Below are positions 9,651 to 18,461 of a DNA stretch of 33,546 nucleotides, one piece after another (within the stretch, counting starts at the first letter, position 1; each line of letters opens with the position of its first letter). Source of the DNA: Pseudomonadota bacterium (GTDB taxonomy: Bacteria > Pseudomonadota > Alphaproteobacteria > Rhizobiales > Xanthobacteraceae); contig JAEZBA010000159.1 of the NCBI GenBank assembly GCA_023430245.1, positions 1-33,546 of the forward strand, in the 5' to 3' direction. The position numbers and the translations under genes were made by a program. Under the pieces are notes generated by a model. It was not told the DNA's origin. It was given only the letters and a program-made list of their open reading frames with translations, and did not search any database.

Positions 9651-10592
9651 TCACATTTTCAGATCGACGCCGGCTTCCTTGTAGAATTTTGCGGCGCCCG
9701 GATGGAACGGGACGCCGATATCCTCGGCCATCGCCTTCGGCGTGAGACCCGCCATCGCCTTGTTGACGGCGGCCATGTTCGAGACGTTCGCCGCCATCGC
9801 CTTGGTCATGTTGTAGACCATCTCCTCCGGCAGCTTGCAGGACGCCACGATATGCGTGGCATAGCCGATCACCTTCACGTCCTGATCCTGCTTCGGATAG
9901 GTGCCCTTCGGCACGGTCACCAGCGTGTAGCCCGGATTGATCTTGCGCATGTCATCATACATGGCGGACAGATCGAGCAGCTTGATGTCCCGTGCGGCGG
10001 CGAGATCCATCACCGCACCGGACGGAATGGTGGTTCCGAGCGCAAAGGCGACCGCGTTGCCGTCCTTCATCTGCGTGACCGAGTCGGTATACGAGACGAA
10101 GCTCATCTTCACGTCGTTGTATCCGAGCCCCGCCACCTTCAGCATATGGCCGGTGATTGCCTCGCCGGTATTGCCGCGCTGCTGCGTGGTCACGCCCTTG
10201 CCCTTGAGATCCTTCGGCGAATTCACGCCCGCATCGGCAAGCACCACGACCTGGAAATATTGCGGATAGAGGGTTGCGACATTGCACACATTGTCATGCG
10301 GCTTATTGAAGGGCGGGTTGCCCTTGATCGCATCGACCGTGGAAATCGAATTGCCGAAACCGACATCGGCCTTGCCTTCCTGCACGCCGCGCACATTGGC
10401 GATGCCGGCGCCGGGCAGCGCCTGCACTGACAGGCCGCCGACCGCTTTCTCCCACATATCCTTGAGCTGACCACCTAACGGAATCCACACTCCGCCCTGA
10501 GGTCCGGTCATCATCTTCAGCTCGGCGGCCTGCGCCGCCGTCGCAGTGGCAAAGCCGGCAACGAGCATTGATGCGAGCAATCGCACTTTCAT
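9651..10592 (-). CDS. TAXI-family TRAP solute-binding protein
   Basis: Start MKVRLL at 10592 with SD GGAGA. Signal peptide ends AQA. Motifs 'TGPQGGVW..LG', 'LYPQYFQVVV', 'DLKGK' and 'VPFHPGA.KFYKE'. Confidence 0.9.
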   Translation of the reverse strand: MKVRLLASMLVAGFATATAAQAAELKMMTGPQGGVWIPLGGQLKDMWEKAVGGLSVQALPGAGIANVRGVQEGKADVGFGNSISTVDAIKGNPPFNKPHDNVCNVATLYPQYFQVVVLADAGVNSPKDLKGKGVTTQQRGNTGEAITGHMLKVAGLGYNDVKMSFVSYTDSVTQMKDGNAVAFALGTTIPSGAVMDLAAARDIKLLDLSAMYDDMRKINPGYTLVTVPKGTYPKQDQDVKVIGYATHIVASCKLPEEMVYNMTKAMAANVSNMAAVNKAMAGLTPKAMAEDIGVPFHPGAAKFYKEAGVDLKM

Positions 10593-10650
10593 CGGACGTT
10601 CTCCCTGGGATACCCGCCGGTTGGCAGGTCTTTCTTGTTTCTTGCCGGTG

Positions 10651-10680
10651 AGGTTACGCGGGCAAGTGGGCCGGACACAA
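10651..10680 (-). promoter_or_regulatory. Possible sigma70 promoter of the TAXI-TRAP/dehydratase operon
   Basis: Minus strand reads (C)TTGTGT-N18-TAACCT, about 60 nt upstream of the SBP start. Confidence 0.3.
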
Positions 10681-10702
10681 GCCGGTTTGCGGGCTGTCCA
10701 GC

Positions 10703-10891
10703 TCTTCACCCTCGCCCTTGTGGGAGGGTCGGCGAAGTGAAGCGCAGCGAACGAGCCGGGGTGGGGGTAACCGCCGCGATTTGCCGCTACCCCCACCCCG
10801 ATCTCCTTCGCTATCGCTCGCAGTCTAGCTTGCGCAGACTGCGTAAACTTGCCTGCGTCGATCGACCCTCCCGACAAGGGGGAGGGTAAGA
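10703..10891. repeat. Composite nested palindromic element (RIME/BIME- or MITE-like)
   Basis: Near-perfect terminal inverted repeats of about 29 bp (10703-10731 and 10863-10891). Perfect inner 13-bp IR cggggtgggggta/tacccccaccccg (10757-10769, 10788-10800). A third module cgcagtct..agactgcg lies at 10819-10843. Confidence 0.8.
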
Positions 10892-10901
10892 TGAAGCATA
10901 C

Positions 10902-12578
10902 CTAATCCCCGATCTGCGGCGGCAGGCGGATCAGGAACTCGGTTCCCTTGGGAAGCCGCACAATCTCGACCGAGCCGCCGAGCTGCTTGGCGGTTCCCTG
11001 GATCACCTTGACGCCGAGCGACTTCGATTTCGAAGGATCGAAATCCGAAGGCAGGCCCTTGCCGCGGTCGGAAAACCGCAATTCCCAGGAGCCGTTGGCG
11101 GCTTTCTTCAGGCTGACGAAGATCGGCCCGGATTCGTCGGCCGCGTAGGCATGCTTCATCACATTGGTGATCAGTTCGTGCGTCAGCACCGCGAGCGCCA
11201 CCGCCTTGCTGCCGGATATCTGCAGCGGCTCGACGTCGACCTCGATCTTGTGTCGATAGCCGCCATAGGCGTTCTGACTGTCCTCACACAGCTTCTTCAG
11301 GAACTCAGAGAATTCGACCCGCCCGGCATGGTCGGCCTGATAGAGTTGCCGGTACACGCTGCCGATCGAGACCACCCGGTCACGGGCGCGGGCGAGCTGG
11401 TCGCGCGCATCGGGGTCCGCCGTGTGCCGGCGTTGCAGGTCGAGCACGCTAGAGAGAAGATTCAGGCTGTTCATCACGCGGTGCTGCAATTCGCGCAGCA
11501 GGAACGTCTTCTGTTCCAGCAGTCCGTCGATCGAATCCGACATGCGCGCGAGCGCCGCGCTTAACTGCCCGAGATCGGATCGCGGGTCGAGATTGGGAAA
11601 TCTTGCATCGGTCTCTCCGCGCTCGCGGCGGTTCACGACCGAAACGATCGCCCGGAGCGGACGCCGGATCAGAACATTGGCCGCCCATATCGTGCCGGCG
11701 ACCGCGAAGACGACCGCCGCCAGCCCGAACAGGATGCTGCGCCAGGCGGTCTGGCGGACTTCGGTCAGCGCCGCGTCGCGGTCGACGCTGACAGCGGTGA
11801 TCAGCCCGCTCGGCGCTTCTTCCAGCGGCGCATATCCGACGATCTGCGGACGGCCACGCGCATCCGCCGCCTCCGCGATCCCGCCACGGGAAATCCGTGC
11901 CTCCGGATAAACCGCCTTGGCGATCGCGCGCGCGTCCTCTTCGCCTTGCTTTGGAATGGTGAAGACCAGGGTCCCCTCGCGGTCCATCACGGTGACACGA
12001 TGGTTGGTGCGCCACGCCCGCGCGGACAGATCCTGCGCCACATATTCCGGATTGAGGATCAGCACGATCACGCCGCGATTGACCCCGTCGCCCTTGGTGA
12101 AGGGCATGGAGATATGGATCGAGGTCGATTTGGTGACGCGGCCCTGCACCAGCGTTCCGATCGTCAGCTCTCCGGTCTTGATCGGTCCGTCGAAATACAA
12201 TCGGTCGCGCACATCGAGCGCGGGTGGAATATCGATCGTGGAGCAGACGAACTTGCCCTCCGGATCGATCACCGCGGCCTCACGATAGGCCGGCAGGCCC
12301 GCAATCACCGACTTGAAATAGGAGACGCATTCGGCCGCATTGTCCGGCACCGCCGGGTGCCGCCCCATCGCGGTCATGAGCTGGCGGCTGCCTTCGACGA
12401 TCTGCGCAAGTTCGGCCGCCACCAGACGCGCCGCCGCAAGCGCCTCTTCGCGGGAATCCCGCTCGATGAAATGCTGCCAGCGCAGCGTGTTGTAGGCTGT
12501 GATCGCGAGCGGCGGCACAAGCGCGACCAACATGAGGATTGCAAGCCGGTAGCGCAGGCTCATCGCTATAACGCCCAT
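10902..12578 (-). CDS. Sensor histidine kinase: periplasmic Cache-like domain, HAMP, HisKA_2 (HRxxN) and HATPase
   Basis: Two TM helices flank a 'DRLYF'-type Cache region, followed by a HAMP. H-box LRELQHRVMNSL, N-box ELITNVMKHAY, and DRGKG and SLG motifs. Start at 12578 or 12563. Confidence 0.87.
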   Translation of the reverse strand: MGVIAMSLRYRLAILMLVALVPPLAITAYNTLRWQHFIERDSREEALAAARLVAAELAQIVEGSRQLMTAMGRHPAVPDNAAECVSYFKSVIAGLPAYREAAVIDPEGKFVCSTIDIPPALDVRDRLYFDGPIKTGELTIGTLVQGRVTKSTSIHISMPFTKGDGVNRGVIVLILNPEYVAQDLSARAWRTNHRVTVMDREGTLVFTIPKQGEEDARAIAKAVYPEARISRGGIAEAADARGRPQIVGYAPLEEAPSGLITAVSVDRDAALTEVRQTAWRSILFGLAAVVFAVAGTIWAANVLIRRPLRAIVSVVNRRERGETDARFPNLDPRSDLGQLSAALARMSDSIDGLLEQKTFLLRELQHRVMNSLNLLSSVLDLQRRHTADPDARDQLARARDRVVSIGSVYRQLYQADHAGRVEFSEFLKKLCEDSQNAYGGYRHKIEVDVEPLQISGSKAVALAVLTHELITNVMKHAYAADESGPIFVSLKKAANGSWELRFSDRGKGLPSDFDPSKSKSLGVKVIQGTAKQLGGSVEIVRLPKGTEFLIRLPPQIGD

Positions 12579-12764
12579 CCCGCCGCCGATGACCTGACTG
12601 CAACCCTATCAGAAGTTGCGGCCAACGGACCCGCTCATTCATAAGAAAAACCATGCCATTGATAAGTTGGCCTGCGTACCGCATGGCTTGCGGCTGACTG
12701 ACGCGCATCCTACGGTGCGGTGCAGCGTATCGTTTCCATTTTCATCAAGCTTTCGGCGTCGTCC

Positions 12765-13628
12765 GTGCCCGATATCGACAACATCAATCACGTCGGCATG
12801 GCCGTACGCGATCTGGCCGACACCGTCCGCCGCTTCGAGGCGATGGGCTTCCAGCTGACGCCCTACTCGCCGCATTCAGCCGCCTGGAAGCCGGGCGAAG
12901 CCGTGCAGCCGCAAGGCTCGGGCAACCGCTGCGTGATGTTCGCAAGCGACTATCTCGAAATCCTCGCCAGCGAAGACCCCGCACGGCCGGCGGCCCGCAT
13001 CACCAATTTCCTGAAGCGCCATCAGGGCGCGCATATCATCTGCTTCAATACCGAAGATCCGCATGCGGTCGAGAAGCGGCTGCAGGGCGAGGGCATCGCC
13101 ACCTCGGGCGTAATCCCGCTGCAGCGCGAGATTGATGCGCCGGACGGCGTACGCACGGCGAAATTTGCGCGCATCCAGTTCGCGCCCGAGCAATCGCCGG
13201 AAGGTTATATCCAGGCGGCGCAACACCTGACGCCGCAATACATCTACCAGCCGCGCTACATCCGCCATCCGAACGGCTGCACCAGCCTGCACCGCACCGT
13301 GGTCGTCACCGACGCGCTGGAAGCTTTTGCCGAGAAATACCGCCGCTATACCGGGCTCAGCCCGGTTGCGCACGAGGGCTCGGTCAATTTCCACTTCCCG
13401 CTCGGCACCCGGCTGACCATTGTCGACGTCAGGCACGCATCCGCACTGCTGCCGGGCACACTGTTTCCGCCGGTTCCCGGCATCGCCGCGGTGAGCTTTC
13501 GCACGTCCGAGCTCGCGGCACAGCGAACGCGGCTTCTGGATCATGGCTTCGCCTTCAGCGAAGCGATTGGTCGCCTCGTCGTTCCCGCCGAACAGGCCGG
13601 CGGCGTCGCGCTCATATTCGAGGAGTGA
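12765..13628 (+). CDS. VOC / glyoxalase-like protein (Glyoxalase_3 type)
   Basis: Motifs 'INHVGMAVRDL......FE.MGF.LTP', 'GSGNRCVMF..DYLEIL' and 'HPNG'. GTG start at 12765 is approximate. Confidence 0.78.
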   Translation: MPDIDNINHVGMAVRDLADTVRRFEAMGFQLTPYSPHSAAWKPGEAVQPQGSGNRCVMFASDYLEILASEDPARPAARITNFLKRHQGAHIICFNTEDPHAVEKRLQGEGIATSGVIPLQREIDAPDGVRTAKFARIQFAPEQSPEGYIQAAQHLTPQYIYQPRYIRHPNGCTSLHRTVVVTDALEAFAEKYRRYTGLSPVAHEGSVNFHFPLGTRLTIVDVRHASALLPGTLFPPVPGIAAVSFRTSELAAQRTRLLDHGFAFSEAIGRLVVPAEQAGGVALIFEE

Positions 13629-13632
13629 GACG

Positions 13633-14610
13633 ATGACGATCCTGTCCAGACTGACCGCGGCACTTGTGGTTGCAGGTGCATCGCTGATTGCGCCCGCCTC
13701 GGCGCAGGACTTCCCCGACCGGCTGGTGCGCATTGTCGTGCCGTATCCGGCCGGCGGCGGCGTCGACGGCATGGCGCGCGCCTTGGGCGAGGGCCTGTCG
13801 CAGATCTGGAAACAGCCGGTCATCATCGAGAACAAGCCGGGCGCCTCGACCATGATCGGCGGCGAATTCGTCGCCCGTGCGCCGGCCGACGGTTACACGC
13901 TGTTCCTGACCAGCGACTCCTCCATCACCAGCAACCCATTCCTGTTCCCGAATGCCAAGTTCGATCCGGTGAAGGACTTCGCCCCGATCACGCAGCTGAT
14001 CGAACTCAATCAGTTGGTGGTGCTGCATCCCTCGGTTCAGGCCAATTCGTTGAAGGAACTGGTCGCGCTCTCGAAGGAAAAGAAGGGCGCGCTGAATTAC
14101 GGCTCCTACGGCGTCGGCAGCCAGCCGCATCTGCTGTTCGAAATGCTGCGCGCGCAGGCCGGAGCCGAACTGATGCAGATTCCCTATCGCGGCATCGCGC
14201 CCGCCATCACCGCGACGCTCGCTGGCGACGTGCAGATGACGCTCGGCGGCTGGTCGGTCACCGCAGGCCATATCAAGGCCGGCAAGCTGAAAGCCATCGC
14301 GATCTCCAAGAAGGAGCGGCAGAAGGAATTGCCGGATGTGCCGACCCTGAAGGAAGCGGGGTTCCCCGACATCGACCCGCAGAGCTGGTTCGGGCTGTTC
14401 GCGACCGCAGGGACGCCAAAGCCGGTGATCGACAAGATCCAGAAGGACGTGGCGCAGGTATTCACTCAGCCGGAATTCCAGAAGCGGCTGCAGACGCTGG
14501 CCTTCGAGCCGGTGGCGAGCACCCCGGATGCCTTCGCCAAGTTCATCGCCGAGGATCTGGCCTACAAGAAGAAGCTGATCGAGACGACGGGGATCAAGGG
14601 CGTCGAGTAA
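13633..14610 (+). CDS. Bug/TctC family tripartite tricarboxylate transporter solute-binding protein
   Basis: SD GAGGAG and a signal peptide. Motifs 'VPYPAGGGVD', 'ENKPGA', 'APADGYTL', 'YGSYG.GS..HL', 'PYRG' and 'LPDVPTL.E.G'. Confidence 0.92.
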   Translation: MTILSRLTAALVVAGASLIAPASAQDFPDRLVRIVVPYPAGGGVDGMARALGEGLSQIWKQPVIIENKPGASTMIGGEFVARAPADGYTLFLTSDSSITSNPFLFPNAKFDPVKDFAPITQLIELNQLVVLHPSVQANSLKELVALSKEKKGALNYGSYGVGSQPHLLFEMLRAQAGAELMQIPYRGIAPAITATLAGDVQMTLGGWSVTAGHIKAGKLKAIAISKKERQKELPDVPTLKEAGFPDIDPQSWFGLFATAGTPKPVIDKIQKDVAQVFTQPEFQKRLQTLAFEPVASTPDAFAKFIAEDLAYKKKLIETTGIKGVE

Positions 14611-14621
14611 CGGCGCAACCG

Positions 14622-15605
14622 TTACGGCACCAGCACCGCTGCGCCCGCGAACCTTCCCGCCTTCAGATCGGCGAGCGCTTCGTTGGCGCGCGCGAGTGAA
14701 TAGATTGTGGTCGTGGTCTTCACGCCGGCCAGCGGTGCGATCTCCAGAAATTCCGTCGCATCCTGTCGCGTGAGATTGGCGACCGACACGATCTGCCGCT
14801 CCTCCCACAATAGGTGATACGGGAATTGCGGAATGTCGGTCATGTAGATGCCGCCACAGACCACGCGGCCGCCCTTGCGCACCGCCTTCAGCGCCTGCGG
14901 CACCAGCGGCCCCAGCGGCGCGAAGACGATCGCGGCATCGAGCGGCTCCGGCGGCAGTTCGTCGGAGGCGCCGGCCCAATGCGCGCCGAGTGAGAGCGCG
15001 AGCGATTGCGCCGCAATGTCACCGGCCCGGGTGAAGGCATAGACCTCGCGGCCCTGCCAGCGACAGACCTGCGCAATGATGTGCGCCGCGGCCCCGAAAC
15101 CGTAGAGCCCGATGCGGCGCCCCTCACCCGCCATGCGCAGCGAACGCCAGCCGATCAGCCCAGCGCACATCAAGGGCGCCGCTGCGACCGGATCGTCGAA
15201 CGCCGTCAGCGGGAACGCGAAGGCCGCGTCCGCCACCACATGCGTGGCAAAGCCGCCATCGCGCTGATAGCCGGTGAAGACCGCGTCGTCGCAGAGATTT
15301 TCCTGGTCCGCCGCGCAGTAGCTGCAATGCCCGCAGGTATGGCCGAGCCATGGGATGCCGACGCGGGTGCCGGCCGCAGGCGCGCCGACGCCCTCGCCGC
15401 ATTGCTCGACGATGCCGACGATCTCGTGGCCCGGCACGATCGGCAATTTCGGATCCGGCAATTCTCCATCGACGACGTGCAGATCGGTGCGGCAGACGGC
15501 GCAGGCCTCGACCTGGACCAGCACCTCGCCTGCGCCCGGCCGCGGGGTCGGCCGCTCAATCAGGGTCAGCGGCTTTCCGATGGCATGGAGAACCATGGCC
15601 TGCAT
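14622..15605 (-). CDS. Zinc-dependent alcohol dehydrogenase family protein (MDR)
   Basis: CRTD, GHE, structural Zn site CGHCSYC..NLC, and 'GLYGFGAAA'. Start MQAMVL at 15605. Confidence 0.9.
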   Translation of the reverse strand: MQAMVLHAIGKPLTLIERPTPRPGAGEVLVQVEACAVCRTDLHVVDGELPDPKLPIVPGHEIVGIVEQCGEGVGAPAAGTRVGIPWLGHTCGHCSYCAADQENLCDDAVFTGYQRDGGFATHVVADAAFAFPLTAFDDPVAAAPLMCAGLIGWRSLRMAGEGRRIGLYGFGAAAHIIAQVCRWQGREVYAFTRAGDIAAQSLALSLGAHWAGASDELPPEPLDAAIVFAPLGPLVPQALKAVRKGGRVVCGGIYMTDIPQFPYHLLWEERQIVSVANLTRQDATEFLEIAPLAGVKTTTTIYSLARANEALADLKAGRFAGAAVLVP

Positions 15606-15712
15606 GGCGGAACCTCTTATTGTCTCCGGAACAATTGGCCGAAATGCGAGGCTTGCCAAGATTCCGCCAAAGCCTTCCAATACCGGAAGGCTTGGGATCG
15701 AGGAGCAAGTCC

Positions 15713-17806
15713 GTGATTCGATCATACCGGTTTTTTGCGGCTGCAGCGGCGGTCGCAGGCGCATGTCTCGCAAGCTTTATTCCGGTCGCAAGTGCGCAGG
15801 CGCAGGCTCAATCTACAGCCTGCGACGAGGCAACCGAGATTGCGGTGCTGCCCTCCCCGCTGGCGCCCTGGTCCGGCGCGCCCTTGCGCATCATCGTCGC
15901 CAGCGAAAAGCCGCTCGATGGCGAGCTCTCGCTGGTCGGACCAAACGGAAAGGTCGCGGTGACCTCGCGCGAGCGGCGTGGCGGTCCGCCCTATTTCTGG
16001 CTGGCCGAGGTCGCGTCTCCGGCAGCCGGCAAATGGCAGGCGCAGCTGACCCGCCCCAACGCGCCGGACGCATGCCGCACCGTCACACGCGAAATACCGG
16101 TAGCTGCAAAACAACCGCCGCGGCCTGCAGGCTCGAAGACCAGCGTCTGGCCGATCCGCAATTCGTGGAATCGCGAGACCGAAAATCTCTACTCCGCCTG
16201 GATCGAAAAGCTGTTCGAGGCGCCGCTCGACACCTCGCCGTCCTGGCCGGCGCTGCATGTCGTGCTGCGCGATCCCGCGCGCAACGTGCTGCATAATCAT
16301 CTCGGCCTGCGCGAAGATTCCATCAATCTCTACATCCGGCCGGACTGCGCCGACCTTCCGTATTTCCTGCGCGCCTATTTCGCGTTCAAGATGGGCCTGC
16401 CCTATGGCTATGCGAAATGCACGCGCGGCGGCGGCGGCAACCCGCCACGCTGCCCGGTCTGGTGGAATATCGAGAAGGAAGAACCGCGGCCTGAGGCGCC
16501 GGAGGACATCGTCGCCGCCGAGGACGCACAAGCGTCCGCTGGCGCATCGCGGCCATCCGGGAACCTCTTCGATCTCTTCAAGCCGCAGCAGCCATCCGCG
16601 CAAAAGCCCGACGCCAAGCCGGCACAGCAGAAGACCGCAGTGCGCGCAACGCCGGGCTTTGCCGTCCCGCCGCCGTCCGGCGGTGCTGCACCTGTTGCGA
16701 AACCGGCCGCACCGGTGCGTCCGCCACGGCCGACTTCTCTTGCACTTGGCTTCGGTCACTATATCCAGTTCAGCGTCGCCGACGGCGTGCATTCCGGTGC
16801 AGGACGCACACTTGCGGCCCACGAAGGCTCTGACTTCTACACCGTACCGCTGTCAGAGGATCATCTGCGTCCCGGCACCGTCTATGCCGATCCTTACGGG
16901 CACCTCCTGATCATCGCCAAGCGCGTGCCGCAAACCGAGGGCAATGCCGGCGTATTCCTTGCGGTTGACGCACAGCCCGATGGCACGGTCGCGCGCAAGC
17001 GGTTCTGGCGCGGCAATTTCCTGTTCGCGCAGGATCCTGCGCTCGGCGATCCGGGCTTCAAGCGGTTCCGCCCGATCGTGCGCGACAAGAACGGAAGCCT
17101 GCGCCGTCTCACCGTGGCGGAGATTTCCAAGAACCCGAATTATTCGGACTTCTCGCTGGAGCAGACCAAGCTGTCGGTCGAGAGCTTTTACGACAAGATG
17201 GACGACGTGATGTCGCCCAACCCGCTCGACCCGCTGCGGGCGATGCGGGAGGCCATCACCTCGCTCGACGAGCAGGTGAGAGCCCGCGTCACCTCGGTGG
17301 AGAACGGCCGCAAATATCAGCTCAGCGGCAAGGGCGACGCCTCGATGCCGGACGGTGCGGCGATCTTCGAGACCACCGGCGCATGGGAAGACTTCGCCAC
17401 ACCGTCGCGCGACCTGCGGCTGCTGATCGCAATGGATGTGGTCCGCAATTTTCCGGACCGCGTCGCGCGCCGTCCCGAACGCTATGCGATGCCGAAGGAC
17501 AAGAGCCCCGAGCAGGTGAAAGCCGAATTGCAGGGGGTGCTCGCGCAGGAGCTTGCCGCGCGCAAATTCTCCTATCCGCGCACCGACGGCTCGCAATGGA
17601 CCCTGACGTTGAAGGATGTGATCGACCGCGTTACCGATCTGGAAATGGCCTACAACGTCAACGATTGCGTTGAACTGCGCTGGGGCGCGAAGGAAGGCAG
17701 CGAGGAATTCGCAACCTGCAAGCGGAGAGCCCCGCAGGGCCAGCGCGCCAAGATGACGGAATACCGGCCGTGGTTCAGCGAGCGGCGGCGCCCGCCGCGG
17801 ACCTGA
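15713..17806 (+). CDS. Secreted hypothetical protein (697 aa) with a putative NlpC/P60-like Cys-His-Asp catalytic domain
   Basis: GTG start at 15713 after SD GAGGAG. Signal peptide ends ASA-Q. Host-like codon usage. Motifs PDCAD, RPGTVYADPYGH, AVDAQPDG and TPSRDLR. The CDS is well supported; the function is inference. Confidence 0.75.
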   Translation: MIRSYRFFAAAAAVAGACLASFIPVASAQAQAQSTACDEATEIAVLPSPLAPWSGAPLRIIVASEKPLDGELSLVGPNGKVAVTSRERRGGPPYFWLAEVASPAAGKWQAQLTRPNAPDACRTVTREIPVAAKQPPRPAGSKTSVWPIRNSWNRETENLYSAWIEKLFEAPLDTSPSWPALHVVLRDPARNVLHNHLGLREDSINLYIRPDCADLPYFLRAYFAFKMGLPYGYAKCTRGGGGNPPRCPVWWNIEKEEPRPEAPEDIVAAEDAQASAGASRPSGNLFDLFKPQQPSAQKPDAKPAQQKTAVRATPGFAVPPPSGGAAPVAKPAAPVRPPRPTSLALGFGHYIQFSVADGVHSGAGRTLAAHEGSDFYTVPLSEDHLRPGTVYADPYGHLLIIAKRVPQTEGNAGVFLAVDAQPDGTVARKRFWRGNFLFAQDPALGDPGFKRFRPIVRDKNGSLRRLTVAEISKNPNYSDFSLEQTKLSVESFYDKMDDVMSPNPLDPLRAMREAITSLDEQVRARVTSVENGRKYQLSGKGDASMPDGAAIFETTGAWEDFATPSRDLRLLIAMDVVRNFPDRVARRPERYAMPKDKSPEQVKAELQGVLAQELAARKFSYPRTDGSQWTLTLKDVIDRVTDLEMAYNVNDCVELRWGAKEGSEEFATCKRRAPQGQRAKMTEYRPWFSERRRPPRT

Positions 17807-17851
17807 GGCATGCCGGCGCGGCAGCCCGCCTCACACGCGCTCACGGAATCC

Positions 17852-18346
17852 TCACCGCGCCGGATTTCGCGGTGACAGCACCGGGGCGCTGTCGGGTGCC
17901 GGATTGCGGTCCAGATCAGCGATGAGTTGCTTCATCTCGGCGATTTCGCGAACCTGCGCTTCGATGATCTGATCGGCGAGCGTTCTTACTCTCGGATCGC
18001 GAATATTGGCCCGCTCGCTGGTCAGCACCGCGATCGAATGATGCGGGATCATCGCCTTCATGTAGGCCACGTCGCCGACCGTGTCCTGGCTGCGAACAAG
18101 ATACAGCGCGGCGGCAAAGACAACGGCGGCGGCGATTACTATGCCAGCATTGACGGCACGATTCCGGTACATGCCCCACATAAAGCCGAGCATAATGGCG
18201 GCCATCGCCGCGCCCATGACCAGCGCCATCCAGGTCCGCGTCTGGCTATACCAGACATGATCGAGGGCATAAGTGTTGAGATACATCAGCCCGAACATCA
18301 CCACGGTCGAGACCGCGATCATCGCCGCAAATTTCGCGTAGGACAT
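17852..18346 (-). CDS. DUF305 domain-containing (ferritin-like) membrane protein
   Basis: Three TM helices followed by 'MKAMIPHHSIA' and 'QVREIAEMK'. SD GGAG lies 7 nt before ATG 18346 (alternative start 18352). Confidence 0.85.
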   Translation of the reverse strand: MSYAKFAAMIAVSTVVMFGLMYLNTYALDHVWYSQTRTWMALVMGAAMAAIMLGFMWGMYRNRAVNAGIVIAAAVVFAAALYLVRSQDTVGDVAYMKAMIPHHSIAVLTSERANIRDPRVRTLADQIIEAQVREIAEMKQLIADLDRNPAPDSAPVLSPRNPAR

Positions 18347-18367
18347 GGTCATTCTCCATGTCGCTAC

Positions 18368-18392
18368 AATGAGGACCGGGAGGTGAGGTTCC
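18368..18392 (-). promoter_or_regulatory. EcfG/RpoE2 (general stress response sigma) promoter upstream of DUF305
   Basis: Minus strand GGAAC-ctcacctcccggtcct(16)-CATT matches the GGAAC-N18-TT consensus and ends 21 nt before the start codon. Confidence 0.65.
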
Positions 18393-18461
18393 CGGAATGC
18401 GCCGTTATGCACCGAGGTTCTGGACTGACGCGGTCAGAACCGCACCGAACCCTGCCTGATT

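Noticed and set aside
10593..10889. N-terminal extension of the TAXI SBP and the 84-aa ORF 10635-10889
   Set aside because: Both run through the palindromic repeat. The SD and signal peptide place the SBP start at 10592.
12636..12670. AT-rich LysR-like box (ataag repeated) between the kinase and VOC genes
   Set aside because: No clear dyad symmetry and no LysR gene in the window.
15350..15712. 818-aa version of the secreted hypothetical protein
   Set aside because: It overlaps the divergent ADH gene. The SD and signal peptide support GTG 15713.
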